IMG/VR virus record: IMGVR_UViG_3300027111_000206
Span: 6,686 to 70,685 of that record
DNA: 64,000 bases
Source of the DNA: a virus
Direction: 5' to 3' (one strand)
The notes beneath the pieces are model-generated. The model was not told the origin of the DNA and did no database searches. It saw only the letters and a program-made list of their open reading frames with translations. The translations under genes and the position numbers were made by a program. Below, piece after piece: positions 42,282 through 51,461 of this stretch (within the stretch, counting starts at the first letter, position 1; every line of letters starts with the position of its first letter).

Positions 42282-45200
42282 ATGGGCGCAGCACGCAAGA
42301 TTGAAATTCACGGCGAGAAGGGCGGAGACAAAAAGCCTAAGTCCCCGACCGAGGCCAGCGACAACCTGCGCTCCACGAACATTGCCAAACTGCTGATTGC
42401 TGTGGGGGAGGGCGAATTCGAAGAGGCCCCGACGGCGGCAAACATCTTCCTCGACAACACTCCAATCAACGACGCCAGCGGCAACGTCAACTTCCCGAAC
42501 GTGAAGTGGGAATGGCGTAGCGGGTCGGTCGATCAGACCTATATCCCGGGCATCCCGTCGGTGGAAAACGAGACCTCGCTGAACATCGAACTGCGCAGCG
42601 ATGCGGCCTGGGTTCGATCGGTCACGAACACTCAGCTGTCGGCGGTTCGCCTGCGGTTCGCCTGGCCCGCGCTCCAGCGCCAGGACGACCAAGGCAACAT
42701 TGGCGGCTACCGGATCGAATACGCCATCGACGTGGCTACGGATGGCGGCCCCTATCAGCAGGTGGTAGTCGATGCGGTAGACGGCAAGACCACTACCCGG
42801 TACGAGCGCTCCAAGCGCGTTGATCTGCCCGAGGCCACCACCGGCTGGCAGATTCGCGCGCGTCGCATCACGCCGAACCAGAACAGCAACAAGATCGCTG
42901 ACACCATGCTGATCGCCGGCTTCACCGAAGTCATCGACGCAAAGCTGCGCTATCCGAACACTGCCTTGCTCTACATCGAGTTCGACGCCGAGCAATTCAC
43001 CAACATCCCGGCGGTCACCGTGAAGTGCAAGGCCCGGAAATGGCAGGTCCCGAGTAACTACGACCCGATCGCCCGAACCTATACCGGCACCTGGGACGGC
43101 AGCATGAAGCAGGCCTGGACCAATAACCCGGCCTGGATTACCTACGGGATCTGCACGGAAGACCGCTTCGGCCTGGGCAAGCGCATCAAGCCGTTCATGG
43201 TCGACAAGTGGGAGCTGTACCGGATCGCGCAGTACTGCGACCAGTTGGTGCCGGACGGATTGGGCGGGACCGAACCGCGTTTCCTGTGCGACATGAATCT
43301 GCAGGGCAAGGCCGATGCCTGGACGCTGCTGCGGGACATTTCCGGCATTTACCGGGGCATGACCTACTGGGCCCAGGGCCAGTTGATCATGCAGGCCGAC
43401 ATGCCGCGGGCCCAGGATTTCGACTACGTCTTCACCCGGGCGAACGTCATCGACGGGAAGTTCTCCTACGGCAGCGCCTCGGCGAAGACTCGCTACACCA
43501 GGGCCCTGGTCAGCTACGACAACCCGGCGAACAACTACGACACCGACGTCATCCCGTTTTCCGACCTGACTCTGCAGCGCCGCTATGGCGACCGGCCAAC
43601 CGAGCTGAGCGCCATTGGCTGCACCCGGGCATCCGAGGCCCAGCGCCGAGGCAAGTGGGCGATCCTGAGCAACAACTTGGACCGCACCGTCACGTTCAAA
43701 ACCGGCATGGAGGGCGTGATTCCGCTCCCGGGCCACATTATCCCGGTGGCCGACTCGCTGCTGGCTGGCCGGGAGATTGGCGGGCGCATTTCTGCTGTCG
43801 CCGGACGCGTCGTGACCTTGGACCGTGATACCCAGGCCAAGGCCGGTGATCGGCTGATCATCAACCTGCCAGGCGGCCGCGCGGAAGGCCGCACCGTGCA
43901 GAGCGTGGCCGGCCGCGCGGTCACCGTGACAGTTGCCTACAGCGAGACGCCCCGGGCCCAGCTTCAGTGGGCGCTCGATGCGGATGACCTAGCGATCCCG
44001 CTGTATCGGGTGCTCAGGACAAAGCGCACCACCGAGGGCGACTTCGAAATCAGCGCGCTGCAGTACGAGCCGAGCAAGTTCGCGAACATCGACACAGGGG
44101 CGCGCCTGGAAGACCGTCCGATCAGCGTCATTCCGATCACTGTCGTCCCGGCGCCGGCAAGCGTGACGGTCGCGTCGACTTCATCGGTTGTTCAGGGGCT
44201 GGCCGTTGCCACGATGACCATCAGTTGGCCCGCCGTGGATGGGGCCGTGGCGTACGACGTCGAGTGGCGCAAGGACAGCGGGAACTGGATCAAGGTGCAG
44301 CGCACCGGCTCGACCAACGTGGACGTGGTGGGCATCTATGCGGGGGCATACATAGCCCGCGTGCGTGCCGTCAGCGCCTTCGACATCTCGTCGACCTGGC
44401 GCAACTCGGCACTCACTGACCTCAAGGGCAAGGAAGGTCTGCCGCCGGCGGTGTCGTTCCTGACGGCAACGTCGCTGCTGTTCGGCATCGGTCTCAAGTG
44501 GGGTTTCCCGGCCGGCGCCGAGGACACCCAGCGCACAGAGATCTGGTACGGGCCCACGAACGTACTGGCGAACGCCACGAAGCTGGCCGACCTGGCGTAT
44601 CCACAGAACGACTACGTCCTGCAAAGCCTCCTGGCGGGCACGACGTTCTTCTTCTGGGCTCGCCTGGTGGATCGCACCGGCAACATCGGGCCGTGGTACC
44701 CGGTTGGCAACGGTGTCATGGGGCAGGCCAGTTCGAATGCTGGGCCGATCCTGGACCTGATCGCCGGCCAGATCACCGAGACGGAGCTCGGCCAGGAACT
44801 TCTGGACGAGATCGAAAAAATCCCCGGGCTCCAGGCGCAGATCGACGCGCTCGACGGCCTGTCTGCCTACAAGCCTGGCCAGGTGTATGAGATCGGGCAG
44901 ATGGTGGTCGAGAACGATCGCATCTACCAAGCAAAGATCCAGGTGCCCACCAACAACCCGCCGCCGAACTCGACCTATTGGATCGACGTGGGCCAGTCGG
45001 TGTCCACTGCCAATGGCTTGGCGCAGCAGGTGGCCACCAACACCGTCAACATCACCGAGCTTGAAGCGACGGCCTCTTCCTTCGAAGCGCTGCGCGCCTC
45101 TTGGCGCGACGACAACGGGGAGGGCGACCTAGCTGATGCGCTCAAGGGCTGGACAAGTACCGCGGCCATAGCGACCGAGGAGAAGGTCCGGGCTTCTGAA

Positions 45201-45839
45201 ACTGAGGCCTCGGCCCGGCGGCTCACCACGCTGGATGCGCAGGTGGCAAGCAACGCAGCCAACGTCACCCAGCTTGAGCAGGTGGTGGTCACCAACCAGC
45301 AGGCGACGGCGCAGCAGTTGACCCAGTTGAGCACCACGGTCGGTGACCAGCAAACCGCGATCCAGCAGAACACGTCGATCATCAATGACGTGAGCGGCAA
45401 GGTCACGGCGAGCTGGTCGGTGAGGATGCAATACAACTCCGGGACCGGTCAGTACATCACCGCCGGGGTTGGCCTGGGCATCGAGAACACCGACGCAGGC
45501 CTGCAGAGCCAGTTCCTGGTCAGTGCTGACCGGTTCGCCATCGTCAACACCATCGCCGGCGGCGCGGTCTCGGTACCGTTCGCGGTCCAGGGCGGCCAGG
45601 TATTTATGAACTCGGCCTTCATCCAGGACGGCAGCATCACGATGCTGAAGATTGGCCAGTACCTGCAATCCGACAACTATGTCGCCGGGGTGCAGGGCTG
45701 GCGCCTGGATAAAGCGGGGAATCTGGAGTTCAACGGGCCTGCCCCAGGTGGTGGCCGGCTATCCATGACGAATCGCGCGATCAAGGTCTACGACCAGAAC
45801 GGTGTGAAGCGTGTCCAGTTGGGAGATTTATCGGCATGA
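42282..45839 (+). CDS. Tail tip/host specificity protein J
   Basis: Lambda J-like architecture, FN3-like region, C-terminal SQFLVSADRFAI ... FIQDGSI segment. Confidence 0.93.
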   Translation: MGAARKIEIHGEKGGDKKPKSPTEASDNLRSTNIAKLLIAVGEGEFEEAPTAANIFLDNTPINDASGNVNFPNVKWEWRSGSVDQTYIPGIPSVENETSLNIELRSDAAWVRSVTNTQLSAVRLRFAWPALQRQDDQGNIGGYRIEYAIDVATDGGPYQQVVVDAVDGKTTTRYERSKRVDLPEATTGWQIRARRITPNQNSNKIADTMLIAGFTEVIDAKLRYPNTALLYIEFDAEQFTNIPAVTVKCKARKWQVPSNYDPIARTYTGTWDGSMKQAWTNNPAWITYGICTEDRFGLGKRIKPFMVDKWELYRIAQYCDQLVPDGLGGTEPRFLCDMNLQGKADAWTLLRDISGIYRGMTYWAQGQLIMQADMPRAQDFDYVFTRANVIDGKFSYGSASAKTRYTRALVSYDNPANNYDTDVIPFSDLTLQRRYGDRPTELSAIGCTRASEAQRRGKWAILSNNLDRTVTFKTGMEGVIPLPGHIIPVADSLLAGREIGGRISAVAGRVVTLDRDTQAKAGDRLIINLPGGRAEGRTVQSVAGRAVTVTVAYSETPRAQLQWALDADDLAIPLYRVLRTKRTTEGDFEISALQYEPSKFANIDTGARLEDRPISVIPITVVPAPASVTVASTSSVVQGLAVATMTISWPAVDGAVAYDVEWRKDSGNWIKVQRTGSTNVDVVGIYAGAYIARVRAVSAFDISSTWRNSALTDLKGKEGLPPAVSFLTATSLLFGIGLKWGFPAGAEDTQRTEIWYGPTNVLANATKLADLAYPQNDYVLQSLLAGTTFFFWARLVDRTGNIGPWYPVGNGVMGQASSNAGPILDLIAGQITETELGQELLDEIEKIPGLQAQIDALDGLSAYKPGQVYEIGQMVVENDRIYQAKIQVPTNNPPPNSTYWIDVGQSVSTANGLAQQVATNTVNITELEATASSFEALRASWRDDNGEGDLADALKGWTSTAAIATEEKVRASETEASARRLTTLDAQVASNAANVTQLEQVVVTNQQATAQQLTQLSTTVGDQQTAIQQNTSIINDVSGKVTASWSVRMQYNSGTGQYITAGVGLGIENTDAGLQSQFLVSADRFAIVNTIAGGAVSVPFAVQGGQVFMNSAFIQDGSITMLKIGQYLQSDNYVAGVQGWRLDKAGNLEFNGPAPGGGRLSMTNRAIKVYDQNGVKRVQLGDLSA

Positions 45840-46222
45840 GTTTCGGAATAAATGTCTGGAACGGGAGCGGGACGCTCACACTGGATATGGGTGATTTCAC
45901 ATTGCAGAAGTTGGCTGTAATGGTTCTGCCTGCCAATCCTTCAGGTGGCATAGTGAGGCCCGCGCCGCGCAGCGACTACATATTGATGGATGTTGCTGGA
46001 TATAACCCTTCCACGTGCTTCGTGACAATAACACCACGGTCCTATAGCACGGGTGCGACGTTTGGGCGATCCGTTATTCCAACCTACAGGGACTTGGGTG
46101 GAACTCAGATCGCCATTATCCCCTACGCGAATTACAGATTTCCAAATGGCTCAGGCGGGTGGATTGAGAGTTGGGTGGAAAGTACCGTAGAAAGTGTCAT
46201 TGAGGTGGTGAGGGTTATTTAA
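45836..46222 (+). CDS. Tail tip accessory protein
   Basis: MSFGINVWNGSG N-terminus; lower GC. Confidence 0.65.
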   Translation: MSFGINVWNGSGTLTLDMGDFTLQKLAVMVLPANPSGGIVRPAPRSDYILMDVAGYNPSTCFVTITPRSYSTGATFGRSVIPTYRDLGGTQIAIIPYANYRFPNGSGGWIESWVESTVESVIEVVRVI

Positions 46223-46947
46223 TGGCTGACTTTGGCTTGTCCGTATCAAACGATCATGGCTCGATCATAATCTCCAGTGATTACAAGATCATGGTTTTTT
46301 CAGAAAGGGGAACTTTCAAGATTACATCGAGGTACACGGATGCTGAAGGAAGTGGCTCTGTAACCTTCGCGAAGCCGATCACGACTCAGGAGCCGCCTCA
46401 GATTTTCGTGAGGCTGGTCTCTGGCGTGCACAACGACCTGGGTTTTTTTACGGTCATATTGGGGGCTCCCGGTAACTGGGCCGGCTTTGTTGTGGTTTCT
46501 GCTGTGCGAGGGGATCCAAATTTGCAGAACTACACACTCGAATATGTTTCTTGTATGTACTCCAATCTGAGGAGTGTTTCGAATTACGGGTTGGAGCTTT
46601 TCGACTATCAAGGTAACGTGATTTATACGTCGAGCGATAATGTTGTGCGTTTCAGTAAATTTAGTAAGAGTTGGACATATGTGCAGGGTAATATGGTGGA
46701 TGTCTACGACAGCGGATTGACCATTGATGCGGATGATTTTGTCTCGGTCTCTTCAATTGATCGGGGTGTTGGTTGGTTTACAGGTCATTCGCAATATGCG
46801 GGTCTTACCTTGTTGGATAATGGGGTTAGAGTTCTGAAGATTCACAACCAAATCCGAGCTGGCGATTGGTATTATCAGGGCACTAATAATACCTGCCTCG
46901 CAATTCCTGTCTGCAAATTCCCTTCATCCAGATACTTCAACGCTTGA
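46222..46947 (+). CDS. Tail tip accessory protein
   Basis: MADFGLSVSND N-terminus; lower GC. Confidence 0.65.
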   Translation: MADFGLSVSNDHGSIIISSDYKIMVFSERGTFKITSRYTDAEGSGSVTFAKPITTQEPPQIFVRLVSGVHNDLGFFTVILGAPGNWAGFVVVSAVRGDPNLQNYTLEYVSCMYSNLRSVSNYGLELFDYQGNVIYTSSDNVVRFSKFSKSWTYVQGNMVDVYDSGLTIDADDFVSVSSIDRGVGWFTGHSQYAGLTLLDNGVRVLKIHNQIRAGDWYYQGTNNTCLAIPVCKFPSSRYFNA

Positions 46948-46964
46948 AGTAACGAGGAATATCT

Positions 46965-48152
46965 ATGCCCTGGTATAAAACTGGGACGGTTGCCGTCACC
47001 CTGAATTCCAATGCGGTGACAGGCACTGGCACTTCATTCATCGCGAATTGCCGGGTCGGCGATGCGTTCCGTGGGCCTGATGGCCGGTGGTATGAGGTGA
47101 CCAACGCGCCGAGCGATACATCGCTCTCCATCGACCCGCCGTATCAGGGGGCGACAGCTTCCGGCGGCAGTTATGCGCTGGCGCCAATGCAGGGCTATCC
47201 AAAGGACCTGGCGGATCAGGTAAGGGCCATAAATAACGTTTGGGGCACGAAGTTGGCCGCGCTGGGGACAACCGGCAACTACGACACCCTGCCTGTCTCC
47301 AAGGGCGGTACCGGTGGCACCGACCAAGCGACGGCACGCACCGGCCTGGGCCTTGGGTCTGCCGCGACGGCAACGGTGCAAACGAGCTCCACGGATGTCA
47401 CCGCCGGCCGGCTTCTGGCGGTGGGTGCATTTGGCTGGAACGGCGGGACCTGTATCGCCTTGCCGGTGACCGACGTGAACACGATCACTGTTGCGGCGGA
47501 ATACGCTCTGGGCGCCGGCGGCACCAACCTGCCGAATAACTCCCAGGCCTGGTACTTGCGTGTCGTGCGGCACACGACGCTTGTCCTCCAGGAAGTTCGG
47601 GGGATGACTACGGTCAACGCCGGCCAGGTTTGGACGCGCGCCTACACCGGCTCAGCGTGGGAGGCTTGGTCGCCACGGGCGGCCGGCGGCGCTAACTCGG
47701 ACATCACCAGCCTCACGGGGCTGACTACGGCGCTCAGCGTTTCCCAGGGTGGCACGGGCGGCAAAAACGCCGCGGCCGCACGTACCGGCCTCGGGCTTGG
47801 TTCCGCTGCGACGGCCAACGTCGGCACTGCCGCAGGCAACGTAATGGCGGTTGGCGCGGGCGGCTGGCTGGGGCCCTCAACGATCGACAACAGCAACGCG
47901 AACAACGCGAAGACCACAGGCCTGTACAGCTTGAGCAACGCGACCAACGCGCCCTATACCGCCGTGCAGTTGCTGTCATCCGATTGGGGCGGCGATGCGC
48001 GCTGGCAATCACAGCTCGCGCTCGGTATCTCGCAGAACAAAGCCTATTTCCGCTCGATCATGAAGGATCAATCCGCCGCCACCACATGGGCGGAGTTCTA
48101 TCACACCGGCAATACCACCCGTGCCGCCGACGGCACCCTGAAGGCGATTTGA
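46965..48152 (+). CDS. Tail fibre protein
   Basis: MPWYKTGTV N-terminus; two LxVSxGGTGG..A..ARTGLGLGSAATA repeats. Confidence 0.85.
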   Translation: MPWYKTGTVAVTLNSNAVTGTGTSFIANCRVGDAFRGPDGRWYEVTNAPSDTSLSIDPPYQGATASGGSYALAPMQGYPKDLADQVRAINNVWGTKLAALGTTGNYDTLPVSKGGTGGTDQATARTGLGLGSAATATVQTSSTDVTAGRLLAVGAFGWNGGTCIALPVTDVNTITVAAEYALGAGGTNLPNNSQAWYLRVVRHTTLVLQEVRGMTTVNAGQVWTRAYTGSAWEAWSPRAAGGANSDITSLTGLTTALSVSQGGTGGKNAAAARTGLGLGSAATANVGTAAGNVMAVGAGGWLGPSTIDNSNANNAKTTGLYSLSNATNAPYTAVQLLSSDWGGDARWQSQLALGISQNKAYFRSIMKDQSAATTWAEFYHTGNTTRAADGTLKAI

Positions 48153-48154
48153 AT

Positions 48155-48532
48155 ATGGCCAGAGCAGCAATCAATGTGTTGGGCGCATCCGGCGCGACCT
48201 ATGACTTCGTCACCCAGGGAGACACCCCGGTCACGTCCGAGCGAGTGTCGAAGGGCATTTACAGGATTTCCGGGTGTCTGGGCATGGTGCCGTTTCCGCC
48301 CGTTGACGATGGGTGGGGGTACACGGTCAATCAGGTGGATAGCCGGGCCGATATCGAAACCGATTTTGCCGACGGCGTACTCACGGTCACTGTCACGAAG
48401 GACGGCCAGCCGTATGACCTCAAGCACATGATCACCCTGCACATACTGGTGCCAGATCCTGTGCCCGTGGAGGTGCCTGATCAGCCGGCCGAGGAGCCCG
48501 TGGAGAGTGAAGAGACGCCTCCCGAGGCCTGA
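48155..48532 (+). CDS. Tail fibre-associated protein
   Basis: Follows the fibre; PYDLKHMITLHI. Confidence 0.65.
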   Translation: MARAAINVLGASGATYDFVTQGDTPVTSERVSKGIYRISGCLGMVPFPPVDDGWGYTVNQVDSRADIETDFADGVLTVTVTKDGQPYDLKHMITLHILVPDPVPVEVPDQPAEEPVESEETPPEA

Positions 48533-48591
48533 AGCAGTCGCCAAACGCCACCCGCCACTGAGCGGGTATTTTTTTGCCTGGAGAAAAAGTT

Positions 48592-49017
48592 ATGACCGTT
48601 TCCGAGAAAGACCGCGACATCCTTGCCCGCACGCTGTGGGGGGAAGCCCGCGGCGAAGGCCTGGCCGGCCAGATCGCCGTGGCCTGGACCATCCGCAACC
48701 GGGTGGAAGATGGCCGGGCCAAGTCCTGGTGGGGTGAAGGCTACGCCGGTGTGTGCCTGGCGCCGTACCAGTTCAGTTGCTGGAACAAAAACGACCCGAA
48801 CTATCCGTATCTGAGCGGCGCCAAGCCGATCCCGCTGAAGCAGTTCGCCCAGGCCCAGCGCGCGGCGGACCTAGTTATCTCCGGCGCCGAGCCAGACCTG
48901 ACCAAAGGCGCGACCCACTACTACGCCACGACCATGCCAAAGGCTCCAGCCTGGGCGGCCAAGGCTACGCAAACCCTGCGCCTGGGTAATCACCTCTTCT
49001 TCAAGGACGTGCCATGA
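48592..49017 (+). CDS. Endolysin, SleB-like cell wall hydrolase
   Basis: LARTLWGEARGE, PYQFSCWN, GATHYYA, LGNHLFF. Confidence 0.9.
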   Translation: MTVSEKDRDILARTLWGEARGEGLAGQIAVAWTIRNRVEDGRAKSWWGEGYAGVCLAPYQFSCWNKNDPNYPYLSGAKPIPLKQFAQAQRAADLVISGAEPDLTKGATHYYATTMPKAPAWAAKATQTLRLGNHLFFKDVP

Positions 49018-49529
49018 ATCCCGCCTCATTAAAACTGATGGTCGCCGGCATGGCCGTAGCCTTGATCCTCGCCATGAGCGCCACATGGCAGGTTCAGGAA
49101 TGGCGGATGGGCAAGAAGCTCGCCGAGCTGGCCGGCTTGCACCAGGCGGACTTGGCCAGCATCAGCAGCGCCGCCACGGCCCAGGCCCGTGCCGAGCAGG
49201 ACAAGCGCTTGGGCCTGGAACAGCAGCTGTCAGCCAGTGAACAAGCCCACTACAAGGAATTGAGCGATGCCCAACGTGACCAAGATCGCCTGCGCGATCG
49301 CCTTGCCACTTCTGATTTGCGGTTGTCAGTCCTTCTCGACACCACGGATCCAGCCAGTTGCAGCCCAGTGCCTGCCGCCGCCGGCGCCGGCGGCGTGGTT
49401 CATGGAACCCGTCGAGCCCAACTTGACCCAGCGCATGCTCAAAGAATTGTCGCCATCACCGACGCCGGCGACCGGGGGATGATCGCGCTGAGGGCGTGCC
49501 AGGCGTATGTGCGTGAGTTGAATAAATAG
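49014..49529 (+). CDS. rz: i-spanin (Rz)
   Basis: N-terminal TM, coiled coil, C-terminal LRACQAYV. Confidence 0.85.
   Translation: MNPASLKLMVAGMAVALILAMSATWQVQEWRMGKKLAELAGLHQADLASISSAATAQARAEQDKRLGLEQQLSASEQAHYKELSDAQRDQDRLRDRLATSDLRLSVLLDTTDPASCSPVPAAAGAGGVVHGTRRAQLDPAHAQRIVAITDAGDRGMIALRACQAYVRELNK
49267..49482 (+). CDS. rz1: o-spanin (Rz1), embedded lipoprotein
   Basis: Nested in a different frame within Rz; LLICGC lipobox; Pro-rich. Confidence 0.78.
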   Translation: MPNVTKIACAIALPLLICGCQSFSTPRIQPVAAQCLPPPAPAAWFMEPVEPNLTQRMLKELSPSPTPATGG

Positions 49530-49640
49530 GAATTGTGATCATTCGGCAGGACGCCGGAAGGTGGGGTTCGAGGCGTCTAATACCGCCTCGGTCTTACTTG
49601 ATTTCATTGAGCCAAACAGAGCCTAAATCAGGCTTGGGTT

Positions 49641-49751
49641 TTAGACAATAAAAAGCCAAAGGCCTTTACCGGCGAGGCCTGTAGCTTTTTTTCGCTGATA
49701 CTGCTGCATCATCGGCGTGTGGGAGGACAGGTCGTTCACGGCTGTATTCAT
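49641..49751 (-). pseudogene. mutS: mutS 5' fragment truncated by the prophage junction (MNTAVNDLSSHTPMMQQY|QRKKATGLAGKGLWLFIV*)
   Basis: HTPMMQQY is the conserved MutS N-terminal motif; homology stops after codon 18 (49698); mutS is the expected neighbour of this tailocin locus. Confidence 0.9.
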
Positions 49752-50007
49752 CGGTGTCAGGCAAGCTCGTTGAAAGGTGTGGGGCAAAAGGAGGGGCATC
49801 GGCCCGGCTTTTCCGCGATGGGCGCAAGGTTAACATGGGCGGTCTGGTGGGACCCAGGGATGAGCGTCTTCCATCGCATTGGTAAAGCTGGTTTTCTGAG
49901 CCTGGGGTATTTCCTGCCAGCGGAGTGCTTGCAATCGCCTTACGGAGCATGAGCTGGGGATAATAAAAAACCCGACGCTTGGTCGGGCTTCTCTTAAAAT
50001 CCGGATA

Positions 50008-50175
50008 TTAGGTTCGTTTCGCCTCGGCTTGCATCATCAGCTGATTTTGCTGCTTGGTAGCTTCAATCAAAACCTCGCTGTAAACACGCTTCTTTTGGTC
50101 CGATTTTGCATTGCGAATGAAATCGGCAAAGGTGCTTTTGGCCCCTTTAGTCAAGCCTAGCTTGATCGAGATCAT
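50008..50175 (-). CDS. 55-aa basic helical protein (MISIKLGLTKGAKSTFADFIRNAKSDQKKRVYSEVL...)
   Basis: ATGA-coupled to the zeta-like gene; AGGAG RBS; below ORF-track cutoff. Confidence 0.7.
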   Translation of the reverse strand: MISIKLGLTKGAKSTFADFIRNAKSDQKKRVYSEVLIEATKQQNQLMMQAEAKRT

Positions 50176-50930
50176 AGGTGCGCTCCTGATGGTGGCCCGA
50201 GCGTGGCCTTTAGGTCGGCCCGCGTGTGTCGCTCAGGGATATGATAGTCAATTTTATCGACACCAGCTTTGTAAAGTCGTCCCGAGTTGTCGATATGCTT
50301 GAGCAATAGATCCACATGCACGTCGCCTTGGTACTCTAGCTTAAGCGCGTTCACTACGTCACGTGCGGCGAAGTAATGCTCGATGAAGTGTTCTTTGCGA
50401 ATTCTCCGGCCTTCAGCCGCTTCACGAGCGTTGACGAATCCCCATGCAAGCACCGGAGATTGGTAGACATACAAAATCTGTACGAATCGGCCTTTTTTCA
50501 AGGAGCGATCTACGTTCCGTCTTGCTACGTCTATGTTGGAAAACGTTCCGTCGAGGATGAAGGATTGCCTTTGGTCTAACGCAAAATCTAATATTTTTTC
50601 GACCAGAATCGACACGCCACCCTGAAAAAGCCAGGAGTTTGCTCCCGTGTACGCGGGAAACTCGCTTCGCAACTCATCGGGATCTATGCGTAGGATGGCT
50701 GCATCCGCAAATAGATTCACCAAGGCTATGGAGGCCTCGGTTTTACCTGCGCCCGGAGAGCCTGCCATGAAAACTGATACTGGTGCCTCTTCTGGCGGAT
50801 AAATCAGCTTATCTGTGAGTCTTCTCGCAATTATTTTTTTATTGGATCGAGCGAAGCGCAACGCGCTTTCACAAGCGTCTTGCTCCGCTGGTGTCATTAT
50901 CTGGTTACGTGAATCGGCATCGTCCGTCAT
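50172..50930 (-). CDS. Zeta toxin-family P-loop kinase/ATPase
   Basis: AGSPGAGKT, IDPDELR, FILDGT. Confidence 0.82.
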   Translation of the reverse strand: MTDDADSRNQIMTPAEQDACESALRFARSNKKIIARRLTDKLIYPPEEAPVSVFMAGSPGAGKTEASIALVNLFADAAILRIDPDELRSEFPAYTGANSWLFQGGVSILVEKILDFALDQRQSFILDGTFSNIDVARRNVDRSLKKGRFVQILYVYQSPVLAWGFVNAREAAEGRRIRKEHFIEHYFAARDVVNALKLEYQGDVHVDLLLKHIDNSGRLYKAGVDKIDYHIPERHTRADLKATLGPPSGAHL

Positions 50931-51057
50931 TAATCCAGCTCCTTCTCGATAATGCCTGCTGTCTGAGCCGAGCTAGGCGGCCTAGTGCTGTTTAATGATG
51001 TGGGCGAGCCCGTGGCGGGGGGGCACGTCCCCCTCGCCGGGACTGCATCATGAATGC

Positions 51058-51412
51058 CTACCTCACCTCAACCACATCCAACGCCCGATTCGCCAGCAAT
51101 TGCCCTAGCTCAATCATCTGCTGGACCCCCCAGCGCGATATGTCGCCGCGAGCCCTCCAGGTCGAACGCCAGGTCACTGACCATGACGTTGGCCGAGGCC
51201 AGGGTTTCGCTGAGGTTGGCGAGCAGGCACTCGGCATCGATGTTCGGGGCGATGATGAAAAGGGTGTCGAGGGTGTCGCAGGTTTCTTTGTCGGCTTTTG
51301 GTTCGAGGTAATAGTCCAGGGCGCGGGTGGCGGCTTCGTCGAGTTTCTTGGCGTTGGCCGATTGGCTGCGGGAGAAGTGATCGTCAGGGAGATTTGGAGT
51401 GTTCTTCGGCAT
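51058..51412 (-). pseudogene. DUF6124-like gene with a +1 frameshift in a G6 run
   Basis: Removing one G at 51126-51131 joins ...RHIALG to VQQMIELGQLLANRALDVVEVR*. Confidence 0.7.
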
Positions 51413-51461
51413 TCTATGGATCCTTGGAGTTGAGCCACCACACACTCGCGACTAAACGAGG

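Larger units (their letters stand above)
1..49698. mobile_element. Lambdoid siphovirus prophage integrated in mutS (left end outside window)
   Basis: Canonical lambdoid order: early-left arm, cI/cro, replication, nin, Q, terminase, portal, capsid, tail, lysis. Right end abuts the 5' fragment of mutS. Confidence 0.95.

Noticed and set aside
42282-48152. gpJ or tail fibre as DGR target
   Set aside because: I found no copy of the TR 3' tract (CGCGTCCGCCCCGTCCGC) in either gene by eye; a local alignment of TR against the whole genome would confirm this.
22940-49529. Split lysis cassette (holin before terminase, endolysin and spanins after tail) as a novelty
   Set aside because: To my knowledge a common arrangement in Pseudomonas prophages and tailocins.
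49560-49590. GGGGTTCGAGGC as a tRNA 3' fragment marking the att site
   Set aside because: No matching T-stem or acceptor, and the junction is explained by the mutS fragment ~110 nt away.
49666-49950. 94-aa ORF (MLRKAIAST...)
   Set aside because: Shadow frame over the mutS promoter and 5' fragment; the real coding frame starts at 49751.
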